Assembly: GCA_965220965.1 (NCBI GenBank)
Contig: OZ244852.1
Span: 128,001 to 192,000 of the forward strand
Origin: Candidatus Marinacidobacterium sp.
Lineage (GTDB): Bacteria > Acidobacteriota > Vicinamibacteria > Marinacidobacterales > Marinacidobacteraceae
Direction of reading: 5' to 3'
Length of the DNA: 64,000 nucleotides
The notes under the pieces were generated by a model. It was not told where the DNA came from and ran no database searches. It saw only the letters and a program-made list of their open reading frames with translations. Position 1 is the first letter of the stretch. Each line of letters begins with the position of its first letter. The position numbers were made by a program, and so were the translations under genes. Shown in pieces: positions 60,693 to 64,000 of this stretch.

Positions 60693-62909
60693 TCACGGGT
60701 TCAGCGTCCGGAGGATGAAGTCCGCCATCATGCGGCGGAGGTGGAGCGTCTGGTCCGGGTCCCGGACGCCGTGGCGCTGGCGGGGATAGAGCATGAGCTG
60801 GAACGGCTTGCCCGCCTTCTGCAGGTCGTAGCTGAACTGGATGGTGTTCTGCATGTGGACGTTGTCGTCCATCGCGCCGTGGATCAGGAGCAGCTCGCCG
60901 TGGAGGTCGGCGGCGGTCTCCCGGACCGAGCTCTTCCGGTATCCGGAGGGGTTTTCGTCCGGGGTGCTCATGTAGCGCTCGGTGTAGACCGAGTCGTAGG
61001 CCCGCCAGTCCACCACGCTGCCGCCGGCGATCCCGGCGGCGAAGCGGTCGGACCGGGTCATGGCGACCAGCGTCATGTAGCCCCCGAAACTCCAGCCATC
61101 GATCCCGATCCGGGACGCGTCCACGAAGGGCTGCGCTCCGAGCCAGTCCACCGCGTCCACCAGGTCCTCGAGTTCCTGCTCGCCGAAGTTCCCGTAGACC
61201 GGCCAGGTGGACTCGATCCCCTTGCCGGAAGCGATCCGGTTGTCCACCACGAAGACCACGACCCCCTGTTGCGCCAGGAACTGGAACCACATCGCGCGGA
61301 CGCCGCCCCAGCCGTCGCGCACCTGCGGCGCGTGCGGTCCGCCGTAGACGTGGACCCACGCCGGGTATTCCACCCCCTCGGAGAAGCCGTGCGGCCGGAT
61401 CAGCATCGCCTCGAGTTCGACCCCGTCCCGGGCCGCGACCCGCAGCAGCTCCGGCGGCGAAACCTCGAACCGTTCGAGCGCCGGAACCTCCCCGCCCCCC
61501 ATCGCCCGCACCTCGACGCCGTCGGCGGCGCTCCGAAGCGTCATTCGCGGCGGGCTGTTCAGGTCGTGGGACACCCGGACGAAGTGGCTCACCGGCCCCT
61601 CCGCGGGGAACATCGCCTGGTGGGTTCCGGGCGCCTCGTCGAGAAGCGTCACCCCGGACCCGTCGAGCGCGACCCGCAGCGTGTCCGATCCGAGCGAAGT
61701 CCGGTAGGTCCCGCTGACCCACGCCGCGCCGGCGGCCTCGTCCACCGCGTGGAACCGACGGACTTCGAACCGCCCCTCGGTGAGCGCGCCCACCAGGCCG
61801 CCGTCGGCGTCGTAGCGGTAGAGGTGCTGAAACCCGGTGCGCTCGCTGAGCCAGAGAAACCCCCCGTCCGACAGGAACTTCGGCGGGCCCAGGTTGTTGG
61901 TCCACGGGCCGGCGTCCTCGCGGAGCACCCGGACTGTTTCGCCGGTGCGGGGATCGGCGCGGTGCAGGTCCAGAAATGTCTGCGTCCGGTCCTGGATCTG
62001 GAACCAGAGGTCCCCCTCCGGGCCGAACGCCACATCCACGATCAGCGTCTCCTGCGTTCCGTAACCGGTGGGACGCATCCAGCGGATGTCGCCCCCGGCG
62101 GCCGGGGCCACGCCGAGCCGCACGGTCGGGTTCGGGTCCCCCGCCTTGGGATACGCGTAGACCTCGAGGTCCAGCCGGTAGGGCATATGGTCCACGACGG
62201 TGAACTTCGGGACGGAACTCTCGTCCGTCTCGAGGAAGGCCAGCCGGCTGCCGTCGGGGCTCCACCAGTGGGCGAGGAAGTTGCCGCGGCCGTAGATCTC
62301 CTCCTGGTAGACCCAGTCCAGCTTGCCCCGGAGGAGATCCGGCCCGCCTCCGGTCGTGAGCCGCAGTTCCGCCCCCTCCAGATCCACCACGAACAGGTCG
62401 TTTTCGCGGACGAAGGCGATCCGCGTTCCGTCCGGCGAAAACCGGGCCAGCTCTTCCGGTTCGGGCGTGCGGGTCAGACGCGTGAGCCGCGAAGCGGCGG
62501 CGTCCCAGAGAAACAGGTCCGATGCGGCCTCCAGCAGGAAGCGGCCGCCGTCGGGCGAGAGGTTCAGGGCGCCGGGGCGGGCCAGCCGGGCCGCTTCGCC
62601 GGCGTCCATCGCGAGGTCGGACGCCAGCGCGGCGGCGAGCGCCTCTGCGTCGTAGAGCGGCCGGGAGTCTCCGGTGACCGCCTCCACGACGGTCCAGCTT
62701 CGGTCGGCGCCCTCACCGGCCCCGCTCACCAGGTGGGTTCCACCGGCAAGCCAGCGCACCGAGGGCAGATCGGGGGAAAAGTCGAGGGGGTCCGGTCCGT
62801 AGAGATGCGGCAGCTCGATGCGCTCGCCCGTCTGCGCCGCGGCCGGCGATCCGGGAAGGACGACGGCGAGGATGAGGGCGGCGGGAATCCCGGAACGCAT
62901 GCGGACCAC
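60693..62909 (-). CDS. Dipeptidyl-peptidase IV (S9B)
   Basis: DWVYQEE, WWSPDG, YPKAG, GWSFGG, HGAMDDNVH, YP..RHG. Confidence 0.94.
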   Translation of the reverse strand: MVRMRSGIPAALILAVVLPGSPAAAQTGERIELPHLYGPDPLDFSPDLPSVRWLAGGTHLVSGAGEGADRSWTVVEAVTGDSRPLYDAEALAAALASDLAMDAGEAARLARPGALNLSPDGGRFLLEAASDLFLWDAAASRLTRLTRTPEPEELARFSPDGTRIAFVRENDLFVVDLEGAELRLTTGGGPDLLRGKLDWVYQEEIYGRGNFLAHWWSPDGSRLAFLETDESSVPKFTVVDHMPYRLDLEVYAYPKAGDPNPTVRLGVAPAAGGDIRWMRPTGYGTQETLIVDVAFGPEGDLWFQIQDRTQTFLDLHRADPRTGETVRVLREDAGPWTNNLGPPKFLSDGGFLWLSERTGFQHLYRYDADGGLVGALTEGRFEVRRFHAVDEAAGAAWVSGTYRTSLGSDTLRVALDGSGVTLLDEAPGTHQAMFPAEGPVSHFVRVSHDLNSPPRMTLRSAADGVEVRAMGGGEVPALERFEVSPPELLRVAARDGVELEAMLIRPHGFSEGVEYPAWVHVYGGPHAPQVRDGWGGVRAMWFQFLAQQGVVVFVVDNRIASGKGIESTWPVYGNFGEQELEDLVDAVDWLGAQPFVDASRIGIDGWSFGGYMTLVAMTRSDRFAAGIAGGSVVDWRAYDSVYTERYMSTPDENPSGYRKSSVRETAADLHGELLLIHGAMDDNVHMQNTIQFSYDLQKAGKPFQLMLYPRQRHGVRDPDQTLHLRRMMADFILRTLNP

Positions 62910-62995
62910 CTCGGCGGGAAAGAACGGCTCGAAGAGTACAGGGCCGCGTCCCCGCAGGGCTTCGGTAGGATCCGCCGGCCGGAGGAACCACGCCG

Positions 62996-64000
62996 ATGTC
63001 GCGAGCCGCCCCGCCCACCCTGACCGCCGTCGCGGCGCTGCTGCTGGCGGCCCCCGCCGCTGCGCAGGAGGTCATCGTCCTGCGCGCCGACCGGCTCGTC
63101 ATCGGGACCGACGCCCCGGTCATGCTCGATCCGGTCGTGGTGATCGAAGGGGAACGCATCACCGGCGTCGGGCCCGGCGGAGCGATCCCTGTTCCACGGG
63201 AGGCGGAAGAGATCGTGCTCGAGGGCTACACGCTCCTCCCCGGCCTCTTCGACACCCACGTCCATCTCGGCGGGATCCCGGGAGACGGCGGGGACACGCA
63301 GAAGATGCGCGAGACGGTGGCCCACGAAGCGATCTACGCGGTGGCTCACGCGAAAACCACGCTCGAGCATGGCTTCACCAGCGTTCGGAACATCGGCGCG
63401 GGCAACTACCACGACGCCGCGCTCCGCGACATGATCGAGCGGGGCATCGTCCCCGGGCCGCGGGTCCAGGCGGCGACCTGGGGCGTGGGGTCGACCGGGG
63501 GCCACGCCGACATCAACGGCTGGAACCCGGATGTCCCGACTCCCGGATACGCGATGATCGCCGACGGCGAGGACGCGCTCCGCCGGGCCGTGCGCTACCA
63601 GGTCAAGTACGGCGCCGACGTGATCAAGGTCACCGCCTCCGGAGGCGTGCTCTCCCAGGGGGACGCCATCGAGGACCAGGCCTACACGCTCGACGAGCTC
63701 CGCGCGATCGTCGAGACGGCGAACATGCTCCACACCCCGGTCGCCGCCCACGCGCACTCCCCGGCCGCGATGAACGACGCGATCCGGGCGGGGGTCGTGA
63801 GCATCGAGCACGGCACGCTGATCGACGACGAGGGGATCCGGCTCGCGAAGGAGCATGGGACCTTCATCGTGCCGACGCTCTACACGCTCGACTTCATCAT
63901 CGAGGAAGGCGCGGAGAGCGGCGTTCCCGAGGAGTCGATCCAGAAGGCCCGCGACATCGCGGTCCAGCAGCGGGAGCGTCTCTCGGCGGCGTTCCACGCC
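62996..64000 (+). CDS. Secreted amidohydrolase (prolidase-like metal-dependent hydrolase), runs off window end
   Basis: Manual translation: GGAGG RBS, signal peptide, LLPGLFDTHVH, GFTSVRN, TGGHAD, GADVIKV.ASGGV, VAAHAH, SIEHGT. Confidence 0.9.
   Translation, partial: MSRAAPPTLTAVAALLLAAPAAAQEVIVLRADRLVIGTDAPVMLDPVVVIEGERITGVGPGGAIPVPREAEEIVLEGYTLLPGLFDTHVHLGGIPGDGGDTQKMRETVAHEAIYAVAHAKTTLEHGFTSVRNIGAGNYHDAALRDMIERGIVPGPRVQAATWGVGSTGGHADINGWNPDVPTPGYAMIADGEDALRRAVRYQVKYGADVIKVTASGGVLSQGDAIEDQAYTLDELRAIVETANMLHTPVAAHAHSPAAMNDAIRAGVVSIEHGTLIDDEGIRLAKEHGTFIVPTLYTLDFIIEEGAESGVPEESIQKARDIAVQQRERLSAAFHA

Overview
Very GC-rich (about 70% by eye) bacterial chromosomal segment. Gene content (DUF885, DUF1684, VPS10/BNR hydrolase, scattered AAA_14/DUF4143 and AAA-PD-(D/E)XK genes, fibronectin-III lipoproteins) resembles Acidobacteriota-like or host-associated marine lineages; this taxonomy is inference only. 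The core scaffold carries priA, udg, coaBC, ihf/hup, der, merR, two tRNA-Pro genes, tkt, trkA/trkH, acs, pepA, lhgO and many peptidases. Three accessory paralog arrays sit in it. (1) 24085-34224: five ~570-aa lipoproteins with 12 invariant Cys plus one silent 3' fragment. The copies are mosaics of each other, each has its own promoter, four have a covarying hairpin that displays the Shine-Dalgarno GGAG in its loop, and four end in the same UUCG terminator. This is a candidate gene-conversion surface-variation system. (2) 14015-17737: two Fn3 lipoproteins with the same N-terminal tether module; the first also has the SD hairpin. (3) 42736-45720: three tandem units, each with its own promoter, encoding tail-anchored hendecad coiled-coil proteins of graded length (335/231/153 aa). 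I found no CRISPR array, integrase, transposase or reverse transcriptase. Family names come from motif recognition, not database searches.
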